Assembly: GCA_028279595.1 (NCBI GenBank) | Contig: JANQNK010000007.1 | Coordinates: forward strand, 25,214 to 89,213 | Length of the DNA stretch: 64,000 nucleotides | Reading direction: 5' to 3' | Source of the DNA: Thermoplasmatota archaeon | GTDB taxonomy: Archaea > Thermoplasmatota > JAKEGO01 | Shown: positions 28,287 through 37,704 of the stretch, piece after piece | How positions within the stretch are numbered: the first letter of the stretch is position 1 | Layout of the letters: each line of letters starts with the position of its first letter | The notes under the pieces: generated by a model | What the model was told of the DNA's origin: nothing | Databases searched by the model: none | Seen by the model: the letters and a program-made list of their open reading frames with translations, nothing else | Made by a program: the position numbers and the translations under genes

Positions 28287-29231
28287 ATGAAGCCTGCGAT
28301 GACACTTTGCGCTTTCCTGATACTCGTGATACCGCTCCTTGGCCTACCCGGAGCGGACTATCCGTCCGAGAGGGACATCGACATCGATATCATCCCCGGG
28401 GGGGACAAGCAGGCGTCCGTTGCGCCTACCGCCGTCCTGATCGCCAGACCGGACGAGGCGGACGTCGACGAGGAGGTCTTCCTCGACGCCACCGATTCCT
28501 ATGCAGGTTCCGGCACGAAGATGTGGTTCAGGTTCCATGCGGGCGATGGAACGCCGGCGACGGACTGGATGACGGTCGGGATATGGAGCCACGCCTACGG
28601 CAAGAAGGGGACGTTCCGCGCGAGGGTCGAGGTGAGGAACGAGAACGACGAGGTCTCCGAGGACACGGTGAAGATAAAGGTGGGCGAGGACGACGAGGCC
28701 CTCCTCTTCGGGCTCAGTGCGATGTCGCTGATCCTCATCATCGTCATCGCTGCCCTGGTCATCGGACTCCTGGCCCTGGTCCTGAGGCGGAGGAGGAAGG
28801 CGGCGGAGGAGCCGTATTACGACCCCTACGCGGCGAAATACGCCAGCGGGGCTGCAGCTGACGACTACGCGGAAGAGGACTACCCCGAGGATGATTATGC
28901 TGAGGATGAGTATCCCGAGGAGGACTATCCTGAGGACGATCTCCCCGATGACGAACCGCCGGAGGAGGTCGAGGAAGAGCTCCCGCCCCCACCACCTCCA
29001 CCGCCACAGAGGGCGAGGCCCGCCAGACCGCCAGCGAGGAAGAAGGTGAAGAGGCCAGTCAAGAAGCCGGTCGCTGCTGCACCACCCGGGGATCCGAAGA
29101 TGAAGACCCTCATGGTGAACTGTCCGAACTGCGACAACACCATGGAGATCAAGTACATGGGTCCGCCCGTGTTCCTCACATGCGACAAGTGCGGTATGAA
29201 GGGAGAGATCCCCGAAGAGATGCTGGACTGA
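28287..29231 (+). CDS. Single-pass membrane protein: PKD domain, TM helix, acidic Tyr repeats, poly-Pro, zinc ribbon
   Basis: Signal peptide; FHAGDG...HAYGKKGTF PKD-like domain; TM helix plus RRRRK; CPNC...CDKCG. Confidence 0.8.
   Translation: MKPAMTLCAFLILVIPLLGLPGADYPSERDIDIDIIPGGDKQASVAPTAVLIARPDEADVDEEVFLDATDSYAGSGTKMWFRFHAGDGTPATDWMTVGIWSHAYGKKGTFRARVEVRNENDEVSEDTVKIKVGEDDEALLFGLSAMSLILIIVIAALVIGLLALVLRRRRKAAEEPYYDPYAAKYASGAAADDYAEEDYPEDDYAEDEYPEEDYPEDDLPDDEPPEEVEEELPPPPPPPPQRARPARPPARKKVKRPVKKPVAAAPPGDPKMKTLMVNCPNCDNTMEIKYMGPPVFLTCDKCGMKGEIPEEMLD
28860..28949 (+). repeat. Intragenic 15-bp tandem repeat (6 units; D/E-D/E-Y-P/A-E)
   Basis: Encodes DDYAE EDYPE DDYAE DEYPE EDYPE DDLPD. 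Confidence 0.8.
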
Positions 29232-29282
29232 AGGCAGTTACAAGGGGTACAGATAGCTTGTTATCTTCCAGCCGGAGCCAGG

Positions 29283-29930
29283 TCACTCGATGAGTGTCGA
29301 TACGAGCTCGTCGAGCCCCTCGCCTGTCCTGGCGCTGGTAAGGACCATCCTTCCCGTGGGATTCACCCGGGTATAGTCCGCCACAACGGTGTCCATCGAT
29401 GCGTCCATGTAAGGTGCCAGATCGACCTTGTTGAGGACGGCCATGTCGGTCTCGCTGAAGATCACCGGATGCTTCCGGACCATGTCGTCGCCCTCGGTTA
29501 TGGATATCACGACCATCCTCCCCTCGGAACCGAGGGGGAAATCGGCCGGGCATACGAGATTCCCAACGTTCTCGATGAAAAGTATGTCGATCTCGTCGAG
29601 AGGCATCTTCTCGATCGCATGCCGGATGTAATGGGCGTCCAGATGACACTCCTTGCCCGTGTTGACGTTCATCGAAGGGATGCCGTGGGCCTCGAGCCGC
29701 CTGTGGTCGTCGTCCCCAGCCACGTCGCCGACGATCGCTCCGACCCTGACACCCTTGTGACGCAGCCTGACTGTAAGTTCACATATGAGCGTGGTCTTTC
29801 CAGACCCTATGGAGCCGAGAATATCGAAAGCCCTGACGCCGTGGTCGGCGAGATGGGTCCTGTTTGCCTCCGCCAGGACCCTGTTGTCCTGCAACGGGTC
29901 GATGTCAGCGCTGATCGTGACCTTGTGCAT
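29283..29930 (-). CDS. hypB: Hydrogenase nickel-incorporation GTPase HypB
   Basis: GSGKTTL, ECHLDA, ENVGNLVCPADFPLG, TEGDD and NKVDL motifs; start at MHKV (29930). Confidence 0.93.
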   Translation of the reverse strand: MHKVTISADIDPLQDNRVLAEANRTHLADHGVRAFDILGSIGSGKTTLICELTVRLRHKGVRVGAIVGDVAGDDDHRRLEAHGIPSMNVNTGKECHLDAHYIRHAIEKMPLDEIDILFIENVGNLVCPADFPLGSEGRMVVISITEGDDMVRKHPVIFSETDMAVLNKVDLAPYMDASMDTVVADYTRVNPTGRMVLTSARTGEGLDELVSTLIE

Positions 29931-30020
29931 GCCGTAGGCAACATACAGGTCCATTATGAACCTGTCGCCTTTCAACACGTACGAACAACTGTTAAAATAG
30001 TAGAGTTCGATTTGGGAAAC

Positions 30021-32135
30021 ATGACGGGAGAGTTGGACCCGATATTCAAGCCCAGGTCGATAGCTGTCATTGGCGCCTCGAGGGAGAAGAACACCATAGG
30101 ACGCGAGGTGCTCGAGAACCTGGTGAGGCACGATTTCGCCGGCGTGGTCTACCCCGTCAACCCGAAGGCTGACGTCATCTACTCGATCAAGGCCTATCCC
30201 ACCGTCGAGGACGTTCCGGGGGACGTCGATCTCGCGGTCATATCAGTTCCGAGCAGGTTCGTCCTGGAGGTCATGGAGGCCTGCGGACGGAAGGGTGTCA
30301 AGGGAGCGATCATAATCACGGCCGGCTTCAAGGAGACCGGGGAGGCGGGTGCGGAGCTCGAGGAGAAGGTACATGCCATAGCCAGAGAGCACGGCATCCG
30401 CGTTGTCGGACCCAACTGCATGGGTGTGGTCAATTCAGAGCCGGACATCAGGATGAACGCGACCTTCGCGACGGCAAACCTCCCGGACGGTCACATCGCC
30501 CTGATATCGCAGTCAGGGGCCTTCGGGCTCATCATATTCGAGCACGCCGAGTCGATCGGCCTCGGCATGTCCAAGTTCGTCTCGCTCGGGAACAGGATGG
30601 ACATATCGTCCAACGACATCCTCGAGATGCTCGAGGAGGACGAGCACACACACCTGGTACTTCTCTATCTGGAGAGTTTTGGAAGCCCGTCGAGGTTCAT
30701 CTCGATAGCCAGGAGGCTCTCCAAGGAGAAGCCCATCATAGCTGTCAAGTCCGGACGGACCCTGGCAGGTGCAAGGGCGGCAACATCGCACACGGGTGCA
30801 CTGGCAGCCATGGATATCGCGGTGGACGCCCTCTTTGAGCAGTGCGGGATCCTCCGCGCCGAGACGATACCGAACCTGTTCGATTACGCCCAGGCATTGG
30901 CCTACCAACCGCTTCCGAAGGGCAAGCGGGTCGCCATCATAACCAACGGCGGAGGTCCGGGCATCATAGCGACCGACGCCGCCATCGGCCACGGTCTCGA
31001 GATGGCCGCGTTCTCGGAGGAGACCGTCAAAAGGCTCCAGTCGGCGCTCGCCGAGGAGGCCAGCGTGAAGAACCCGGTGGACATGATAGCAGCGGCCGGT
31101 CCGAAGGAGTACAAGGAAGTGACGAAGATCGTCCTTGAGGACGAGGGCGTCGACGGGGTTATCGTCATATTCGTCCCTCCAGTTGCTTCGGACCCGGTGG
31201 AGGTGGCGAAATCGATCTCCGAATCCAGCCTGTCGTCTGGCAAACCGGTACTGGGGTGCTTCATGGGCAGCGAGGGTGTTGCAACGGCGGTCGAGGAGCT
31301 CGAGCGCAACCGGATACCATCGTACAAGTTCCCCGAGAGCGCCGCAATGTCGCTTGCCGCCATGTATAGGCACCACAAGTGGCGCGAGCGCCCGACGTCG
31401 GACGTCAAGGGGTTCGATGTCGACACGGGAACGGTCAGGAGGATCATTGATGGTAAAGACGGTTATCTCTCGGCCCAGGACGTATCAGCGATCCTAGAGG
31501 GGTATGGCTTCAAGGTACCAGAATCGGGGATCGTCAAGACAGCGGACGAGGCATGCAAGGAGGCCGACCGGCTCGGCTATCCGGTGGTCCTGAAGGCCCT
31601 CGTGAAGGACAGGGTCCACAAGACCGATATTGGTGGCGTGAAGCTCGATCTGCGGACATCCTACGAGGTCAAGGGCGGGTTCTACGAGATCCTGGACTCA
31701 CTGAAGAAAGCCGGCATACCCGAGGAGGACCTGATCGGGGTAATGGTCCAGAGGATGGTCCACGGCGGGAAGGAGACCATCATCGGCGTGGTCTCGGACC
31801 CCATGTTCGGTCCGCTCGTGATGTTCGGCATGGGCGGCATCTACGTCGAGGTCCTGAAGGACGTCGCCTTCCGTATACCTCCGCTGACCGAACTCGATGC
31901 AAGGGAGCTCATCGAGAGCATCAAGGGGAACGCCATCCTCGAGGGTATCCGTGGGGACCCACCATCTGACATCGATGCGACGGTGGAGGCGCTCGAGAGG
32001 GTGTCCCAGATGGTCATGGACAATCCCGAGATCATCGAGATGGACCTCAATCCACTCATCATCATGCCCGAGGGGGAGGGAGTCCTTGCCCTCGATGCGA
32101 GGATAAGGGTCGCTCCGCTGAAAGCGTCGGAATGA
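30021..32135 (+). CDS. ADP-forming acetate/acyl-CoA ligase, fused alpha-beta subunits
   Basis: AVIGAS, GPNCMG, SQSGA, phospho-His SHTGAL, NPVDM, and ATP-grasp motifs HKTDIGGV and DLNPL; no GNAT domain. Confidence 0.92.
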   Translation: MTGELDPIFKPRSIAVIGASREKNTIGREVLENLVRHDFAGVVYPVNPKADVIYSIKAYPTVEDVPGDVDLAVISVPSRFVLEVMEACGRKGVKGAIIITAGFKETGEAGAELEEKVHAIAREHGIRVVGPNCMGVVNSEPDIRMNATFATANLPDGHIALISQSGAFGLIIFEHAESIGLGMSKFVSLGNRMDISSNDILEMLEEDEHTHLVLLYLESFGSPSRFISIARRLSKEKPIIAVKSGRTLAGARAATSHTGALAAMDIAVDALFEQCGILRAETIPNLFDYAQALAYQPLPKGKRVAIITNGGGPGIIATDAAIGHGLEMAAFSEETVKRLQSALAEEASVKNPVDMIAAAGPKEYKEVTKIVLEDEGVDGVIVIFVPPVASDPVEVAKSISESSLSSGKPVLGCFMGSEGVATAVEELERNRIPSYKFPESAAMSLAAMYRHHKWRERPTSDVKGFDVDTGTVRRIIDGKDGYLSAQDVSAILEGYGFKVPESGIVKTADEACKEADRLGYPVVLKALVKDRVHKTDIGGVKLDLRTSYEVKGGFYEILDSLKKAGIPEEDLIGVMVQRMVHGGKETIIGVVSDPMFGPLVMFGMGGIYVEVLKDVAFRIPPLTELDARELIESIKGNAILEGIRGDPPSDIDATVEALERVSQMVMDNPEIIEMDLNPLIIMPEGEGVLALDARIRVAPLKASE

Positions 32136-32159
32136 GCTTGATCTCTGAATGAAGGACCC

Positions 32160-32618
32160 TCAGAGATGGGTCTTCGAGAACGTGTCCGTCCAACGCTGGT
32201 TCATGTAACCGCCGTTGACGTGCCTTATCTCCTCAGAGAAGACCGTGCCCTTGCTCTCGAAGGAGAGGTTGACGAAGATTTCATAGGTCTCCCACTGGTC
32301 ACCGAAGAAGTAGGTGGCGATCTGTTTCGAACCGCCGGGACGGATGTCACTGATGTTCCCGGTCTCGTCGATGAAGGACCGGGTATCGTTCCGGACCTCG
32401 ATCTCCCAGATGATCTTCTCGATGTTCTCGGTGCCTGTGTTCTCGAGCTTGACGTTGATGTTGATGACGTTGAGGCTTCCCTCTCGATAGACCGTTGTGA
32501 CCTGGAGCTCCGTACGTGGAATGACGTAGAACCAGAGCGCGGCCACGACGACGAGTACTGCGACGGCGACGGCGGCGATGATCATGAGGTTCCTGCGGTC
32601 GAACTCCATTCCTGTCAT
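32160..32618 (-). CDS. Hypothetical protein with N-terminal TM anchor and Ig-like beta domain
   Basis: Hydrophobic N-terminal helix; V-x-L-E-N-T-G Ig-like motif; ATGA overlap with the upstream gene. Confidence 0.75.
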   Translation of the reverse strand: MTGMEFDRRNLMIIAAVAVAVLVVVAALWFYVIPRTELQVTTVYREGSLNVININVKLENTGTENIEKIIWEIEVRNDTRSFIDETGNISDIRPGGSKQIATYFFGDQWETYEIFVNLSFESKGTVFSEEIRHVNGGYMNQRWTDTFSKTHL

Positions 32619-35600
32619 CCCCCCAGCAGGGTCAGGAGCAGGGTCGATACCGGGTCAGGCATCACGGTGTGCTCCCTTCCGCCCTCGAGCTCGATCTCGT
32701 TCACACCCGCAGTCGGCGCTCCCGCCGGCAGGAACCCGTTCGTCGAGAAGTCGACGAGGACCACGTTCCCCTTCCTCTTCCCCAGGATGTCGATCTCGTG
32801 GTCGAGGGTGATCCTGATGTCCCCGCAATCGGTCGCGTCGACGCTCACTATCGGGAGGGTTCCGAAGGTCATCCTTATGCTGACCTCGAGCTTCTCGATG
32901 TCCTTCGCCCGGACCTCGAGGGATCTCAGCTCGTACTGCTCCATCAGTGGCATGTTGGAGTAGCGCATCATCAGATACTCGATGTCCCCGGAGGCATGGA
33001 GAGTGTCGCCGGACATCCACAGCTTTGTCCTCCTGCCAATGTTCCTTGCATAGATCTCGAGGTCACCGGCCTGGCCCAGACCCCTGCCGTCGAATGATAT
33101 CAGGGCCGAGGTCCCGCCTGAGCTGGCTGTGATCTCGACGGTCGGGAGGCCCTGGAGAGGGTTGGGATCGTCCATGTCGTACTCGGGGTTCGCCCAGGTG
33201 TCGATGGACAGGACGCTCGGTACGTCTGTGGCGACGACGTGGGTGTGCCACCACCTGTCGTCAAGGTACTTCCCGACGTCCAGCATGAGCTTCTCGACTC
33301 CGCCCGCACCGTTGAACTCAAGGTGCGTCTCGTGATCCACATCGAAGGTGATGTTTCCCGTGCGGGGGGGGGAGTCAGCGTACAGCGTGAAGGAGGTCTG
33401 TGGCGATTTGCTGTCGGTGGTCGTGAGGTAGATCGCGTCGATGTCCTTGTTGGTGGTGAAGTCGACGTAGCCGTTCAACATCGGGATGCCGTTCGGGGTC
33501 TCGTCCACGGTGATGTTCATGTCCAGGTCGACGTCCGTGTCCTCCTGCAGCCCCTTCATGTAGACGAAGAGGTCCCTGCCCTTGAGGCCCTCGACGTCGA
33601 GGAGTATCCAGTTGTACTTCGACGAGAAGTCCTGGACATGGAACTCGAAGTCCATCGTCCTCCCTTCCGTGTATGTCAGGAGGTCCAGGGTCTGGGGCAT
33701 TCCGTTGATGTAGATGAGCGCGTGCATGACGGTATCGCCATCGATCTCGGCCTGCCTGGCCGACACGCCGTGGGTCCATTCCACCGGCCCGAGCTGCGAG
33801 ATGTCTCCCACCTGGATCTCGGCCACGATATTGAGGTTGTACGTTGACGCGTAGTCGAACTTGTCGTTCGATCCGAGGTCCTTGAGGATGTCCAGGCCGC
33901 CCTGGGTGACGTTGCTGAGCATGTTGGTGACCGAATCGCCCATCTCGGCCACTCCCACGAGGACGTTGCTCAGGTCGAAGACGGACGATATGTTCCCGAC
34001 GCTCGGCACGGAGATCGACTCTCCGCTGAGCTCGACGTTGAGCTTGAGGTCTATGGACTGCGGGATAGGGTTGACAGCGGCCTTGATGTAGGTCTCCCTT
34101 ATCGTATCGTTGACACCGACGTAGAGAGGATAGGAGTTGGACAGCTCGTAAGCGAACCTGGTCCCGTTCCTGGTGTTGTACGTGAACCTCTCGACGGACT
34201 CGATCCTAGCCGATATCATCGTCGTGGTATCGTTGCGTTTCATCAGGATATACGATCCCGGCAGCCGGAACAGCCCGTTGTCGGATATCACAAGCTCCAG
34301 AGCCCCCAGCGTGCCAGTGAAGTTCAGGTCCATCAGGCCCTCGTGGTTGTAGAGCTCGAGCCTGTTCGGGAAGTCGTCCATCTCGAGGAGCATGTAGGTC
34401 CCGTTGATGGTTCCGGAGAAGGCGATGTCCCCGAGGGTGCTGTCGAAGCAATCGATGAGGAGTGTCCTGTCGGTGACGTTGATGAAGAGGTTGCTGGGAA
34501 GGGAATCGATCTTCAGTGTGGCGTCCTCGCTGTGGAAGCCTGGGACGCCCTCCCAAACCGCCTCCTGGTCGACGTATATGAAGTAGAACGCCCGGGTCTT
34601 CTCGAGCTGAGGGTCGAAGTGGAGGTCGATGGACGTGAAGTCCGAGAAGTAGATGTTCATGTCACCTATCCCCTCGACACGGCCCGATATGGGGGTCTCG
34701 ATGAGCTCGCCCTCGGCCCTGTAGAAGGCCACGAAGTTGCGTTTCTCGCCGTCCTTCTCCGGCGATAGGTAGACGTAGCTGTCGGAGGTGTACCAGAACT
34801 CGACGCCGCCGAGGTAGGAACCCATCATGTTGAGCTCGAACCAGCCCGAATCGGCGGGCATGTTGAACATCCTGTCAGACATCGATCTGAGGGTCTCGCC
34901 AACGCCCCAGAATCCCTTGTAGAAGTACGATATCACCGCATTGAAAAGGTACGTAAGGAGGTTCCCTCCTCCGATGACGGGGTCCGGTCCCGAACCGGAA
35001 TCGAAGGTTCCCTTCAGAACCAACCGTCTCGGGATGTCCCACATGTCTATGTGCATGATACGGTACTCATTGCCCGGCCTCGGATCCCGGGGATAGTCCC
35101 AGGGATCGGTGTGATAGAGATGCTCGGTGTAGTTGAACCGCTTCACAACGGACGAGCCGTCCAGGGACAGTCTGCTGGTGAGGACCTCGCTGTCGTTCTG
35201 GGTGGTGTTCCTCAGGTGTAGGGATATCCTGAAGGGCATCTCCTCGATGTCGAGGTTCACCCAGAGGCTCTCGTTGTACCTGGCATCCCTGTATATCACC
35301 GTCACGTTCGAAGGCCTGCCTACGTCGGTCTCGTCGTTGTCCGGATAGTACCATCTGATCTCGTCGAAGGCGGCGTTCTCGGAACGGGTGTCCAGCGTGA
35401 GGTTGCCAAGACCTGGCAGCAGGTCGTCGTCGGGACCGTTCCCGTTGACGTCGACGGGATCGCAGTCGGCCTTTATCCACGAGATCTCCCGCCAGACGGG
35501 ATCGCCCACCTCGTTCTCAGTGACGTTGCCGATGCCTGCCATCATGTTGAGGTTCGGCAGGTCCTCGACGGGATATCTACCACCCTCCGGGGTCGGTATG

Positions 35601-36610
35601 CCCAGTGCTCCGAGGATAAGGGTCATGAAAGGTTCCAGAGCATTATCGTAAAGGAAGGATGCATAGACGGTCGAGGGGCCCCACTCGATCACGTAGGGAC
35701 CGTCCACGGCTTCCAGCAGGGTGTCGTCCAGATCGGTTATATCGCCGTTCAGGAAGTTGCCGATCACCTCGAGGGTAGCGCCGGATATGAAGAAGTTCAT
35801 GAGCAGTGAAAGGGAATAGTGCTCGGGTATCTTCTCCTCGAACCTGTACTGGAGCAGGACGAGGTAGTTCTTGCCGTCGAAGCTCACGGACTTGGCGACG
35901 CCGATGTCCAGGGGAACAGCGTCATTCACACCCGGTGTGGGGTTCAGGTTCTCCACCTGAAGGCCGAGACCGCCGTACATGCTCAGATTGACAAGAGCAT
36001 CGAGGTTCGGCGGTATCGTTATCTGACCAGGGAGGAGTTCGATGTTCACCTGACGAGCCTCGAACTTGAATCTTACCTGGATGTCGTTGCCGCCCTCGCC
36101 CGTTGCAGGGTCGTTGTCGACGTCCAGTTCCGTCCAGTCGAGCTCGGTCGGCTCGAAGATGTTAGCGTTGATGGCCGATCCCTCGACCCACTCGTGCGGG
36201 TCGTCGTCGTATTTGTAATAGATGTAGTATTCGAGCGGGTTCTCGAGGAGGAAGTCCCAGATCGATGAGTAGCCGGCAAGGGGTTGAGTAAGTACAGTGT
36301 CGACCATGTTGTCCGATGGCGGCTGAATGAACTCGGTCTCGGTGATGTCGCCGCTGCCTTCGGTGCTGTTGACGAGATATCTCCTGTCGTACTCCGTCTC
36401 GTACACCTGGGCGAGGACGCCCTCGGTCTCCTGGACTATCTGCACGGAGGTTCGACGGTCCTCTATCTCGGCAAGTATGTCGGCGACGTCGGCGTGTACC
36501 CCGAAATCGGATTCGTTGGGGAAGAACATGCTCTGGCCGACGGCCGGAGGGAGGACCACAGCCATTATCATGATGGCAACGGCGTAGTAAGAGAAGCGTC
36601 GCTGATTCAC
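32615..36610 (-). CDS. Large secreted beta-rich hypothetical protein (~1330 aa)
   Basis: GTG start at 36610 about 25 nt after TTATAAA; signal peptide; host codon bias; recurring hxhxxhPxxhxh motif. Confidence 0.8.
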   Translation of the reverse strand: MNQRRFSYYAVAIMIMAVVLPPAVGQSMFFPNESDFGVHADVADILAEIEDRRTSVQIVQETEGVLAQVYETEYDRRYLVNSTEGSGDITETEFIQPPSDNMVDTVLTQPLAGYSSIWDFLLENPLEYYIYYKYDDDPHEWVEGSAINANIFEPTELDWTELDVDNDPATGEGGNDIQVRFKFEARQVNIELLPGQITIPPNLDALVNLSMYGGLGLQVENLNPTPGVNDAVPLDIGVAKSVSFDGKNYLVLLQYRFEEKIPEHYSLSLLMNFFISGATLEVIGNFLNGDITDLDDTLLEAVDGPYVIEWGPSTVYASFLYDNALEPFMTLILGALGIPTPEGGRYPVEDLPNLNMMAGIGNVTENEVGDPVWREISWIKADCDPVDVNGNGPDDDLLPGLGNLTLDTRSENAAFDEIRWYYPDNDETDVGRPSNVTVIYRDARYNESLWVNLDIEEMPFRISLHLRNTTQNDSEVLTSRLSLDGSSVVKRFNYTEHLYHTDPWDYPRDPRPGNEYRIMHIDMWDIPRRLVLKGTFDSGSGPDPVIGGGNLLTYLFNAVISYFYKGFWGVGETLRSMSDRMFNMPADSGWFELNMMGSYLGGVEFWYTSDSYVYLSPEKDGEKRNFVAFYRAEGELIETPISGRVEGIGDMNIYFSDFTSIDLHFDPQLEKTRAFYFIYVDQEAVWEGVPGFHSEDATLKIDSLPSNLFINVTDRTLLIDCFDSTLGDIAFSGTINGTYMLLEMDDFPNRLELYNHEGLMDLNFTGTLGALELVISDNGLFRLPGSYILMKRNDTTTMISARIESVERFTYNTRNGTRFAYELSNSYPLYVGVNDTIRETYIKAAVNPIPQSIDLKLNVELSGESISVPSVGNISSVFDLSNVLVGVAEMGDSVTNMLSNVTQGGLDILKDLGSNDKFDYASTYNLNIVAEIQVGDISQLGPVEWTHGVSARQAEIDGDTVMHALIYINGMPQTLDLLTYTEGRTMDFEFHVQDFSSKYNWILLDVEGLKGRDLFVYMKGLQEDTDVDLDMNITVDETPNGIPMLNGYVDFTTNKDIDAIYLTTTDSKSPQTSFTLYADSPPRTGNITFDVDHETHLEFNGAGGVEKLMLDVGKYLDDRWWHTHVVATDVPSVLSIDTWANPEYDMDDPNPLQGLPTVEITASSGGTSALISFDGRGLGQAGDLEIYARNIGRRTKLWMSGDTLHASGDIEYLMMRYSNMPLMEQYELRSLEVRAKDIEKLEVSIRMTFGTLPIVSVDATDCGDIRITLDHEIDILGKRKGNVVLVDFSTNGFLPAGAPTAGVNEIELEGGREHTVMPDPVSTLLLTLLGG

Positions 36611-36762
36611 GGCTTTATGAACGTATAATCGTTTATAACGATTGTTGTAAGCCCTTGCCTGATTCGACGCATGACGACGGGGTACTGGCCATTGCACCCG
36701 GAGCCCTTAACACCATGCGAACAGGAAAGATAAAATGGGTCTCGGACATACACTAACCGAGC

Positions 36763-37704
36763 ATGGGATCGCTGATCACTACCAGGGGACTCACGAAGAG
36801 GTACGGACAGGTACTGGCCCTTTCAGGTGTAGACCTGAAGGTACCGAAGGGCGCGACAGGTCTTCTAGGACCGAACGGGGCTGGAAAAAGCACACTCATA
36901 CGTTCATTGATAGGCCTGGTCACCCCGGATTCCGGGAGAGGTAGGATCTTCGGCAAGGACATATCGTCGATGGGTCTGGACATACGAAGGAGGATCGGCT
37001 ACATGCCCGAGCACGACTGCCTTGTCCAGGACATGTCGGCCGTCGAGATGGTAGCCTACGCAGGACTCCTCTCCGGGATGTCCCGCGGAGCTGCCGTCCA
37101 GAGGGCGCACGAGGTGCTCCACTTCGTCGGTATGGACGACGAGAGGTACAGGGACATAGAGACCTACTCGAGCGGGATGCGCCAGAAGGTCAATCTCGCC
37201 CAGGCGCTGGTCCACGATCCCGAACTTCTCTTCCTCGACGAGCCCACCAGCGGACTGGACCCGAAGGGCCGGGTCGAGATGCTCGAACTCTTCAGGTTCC
37301 TTTCCCACGAACAGGGGAAGAGCCTTCTCCTCAGCACCCACATCCTGCCGGACGTCGAGTACGTCTGCGACAACCTCATCGTGCTCGCAGACGGCAAGGT
37401 CCTCCTCCAGGGGGACATCGAGGAGCAGCTCAGGGGTGAGACGGGCGTCGTCAACGTCAGGATCGAGGGCGACCGGGACGCTTTCAGAAGGGCCCTTGAC
37501 GGACGGGGTTACACGGTCGAGGACGATGGCTACATCATAAGGGTGGTCAGGATGGGAGGGGAGACGGACCCGGAGGACATCTTCTCCGATGTGGTGCGCT
37601 CGGCCTCCGACACGGGCGTCCAGGTCAGATATGCGAGCAGGACGGCGAGGAACCTCGAGGACCTCTTCATGGAGCTGGTGGAGGAGAGGGGTGAGGTCGG
37701 ATGA
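36763..37704 (+). CDS. ABC transporter ATP-binding protein (ABC-2/CcmA-like)
   Basis: GPNGAGKS, YSSGMRQ, LFLDEPT and H-loop STH. Confidence 0.95.
   Translation: MGSLITTRGLTKRYGQVLALSGVDLKVPKGATGLLGPNGAGKSTLIRSLIGLVTPDSGRGRIFGKDISSMGLDIRRRIGYMPEHDCLVQDMSAVEMVAYAGLLSGMSRGAAVQRAHEVLHFVGMDDERYRDIETYSSGMRQKVNLAQALVHDPELLFLDEPTSGLDPKGRVEMLELFRFLSHEQGKSLLLSTHILPDVEYVCDNLIVLADGKVLLQGDIEEQLRGETGVVNVRIEGDRDAFRRALDGRGYTVEDDGYIIRVVRMGGETDPEDIFSDVVRSASDTGVQVRYASRTARNLEDLFMELVEERGEVG

Noticed and set aside
31300-31310. TCGAGCGC matches inside coding genes (also near 55451; reverse matches near 31989 and 46589)
   Set aside because: They lack the left arm at 18-19 nt spacing, so they are chance matches rather than copies of the hairpin family.
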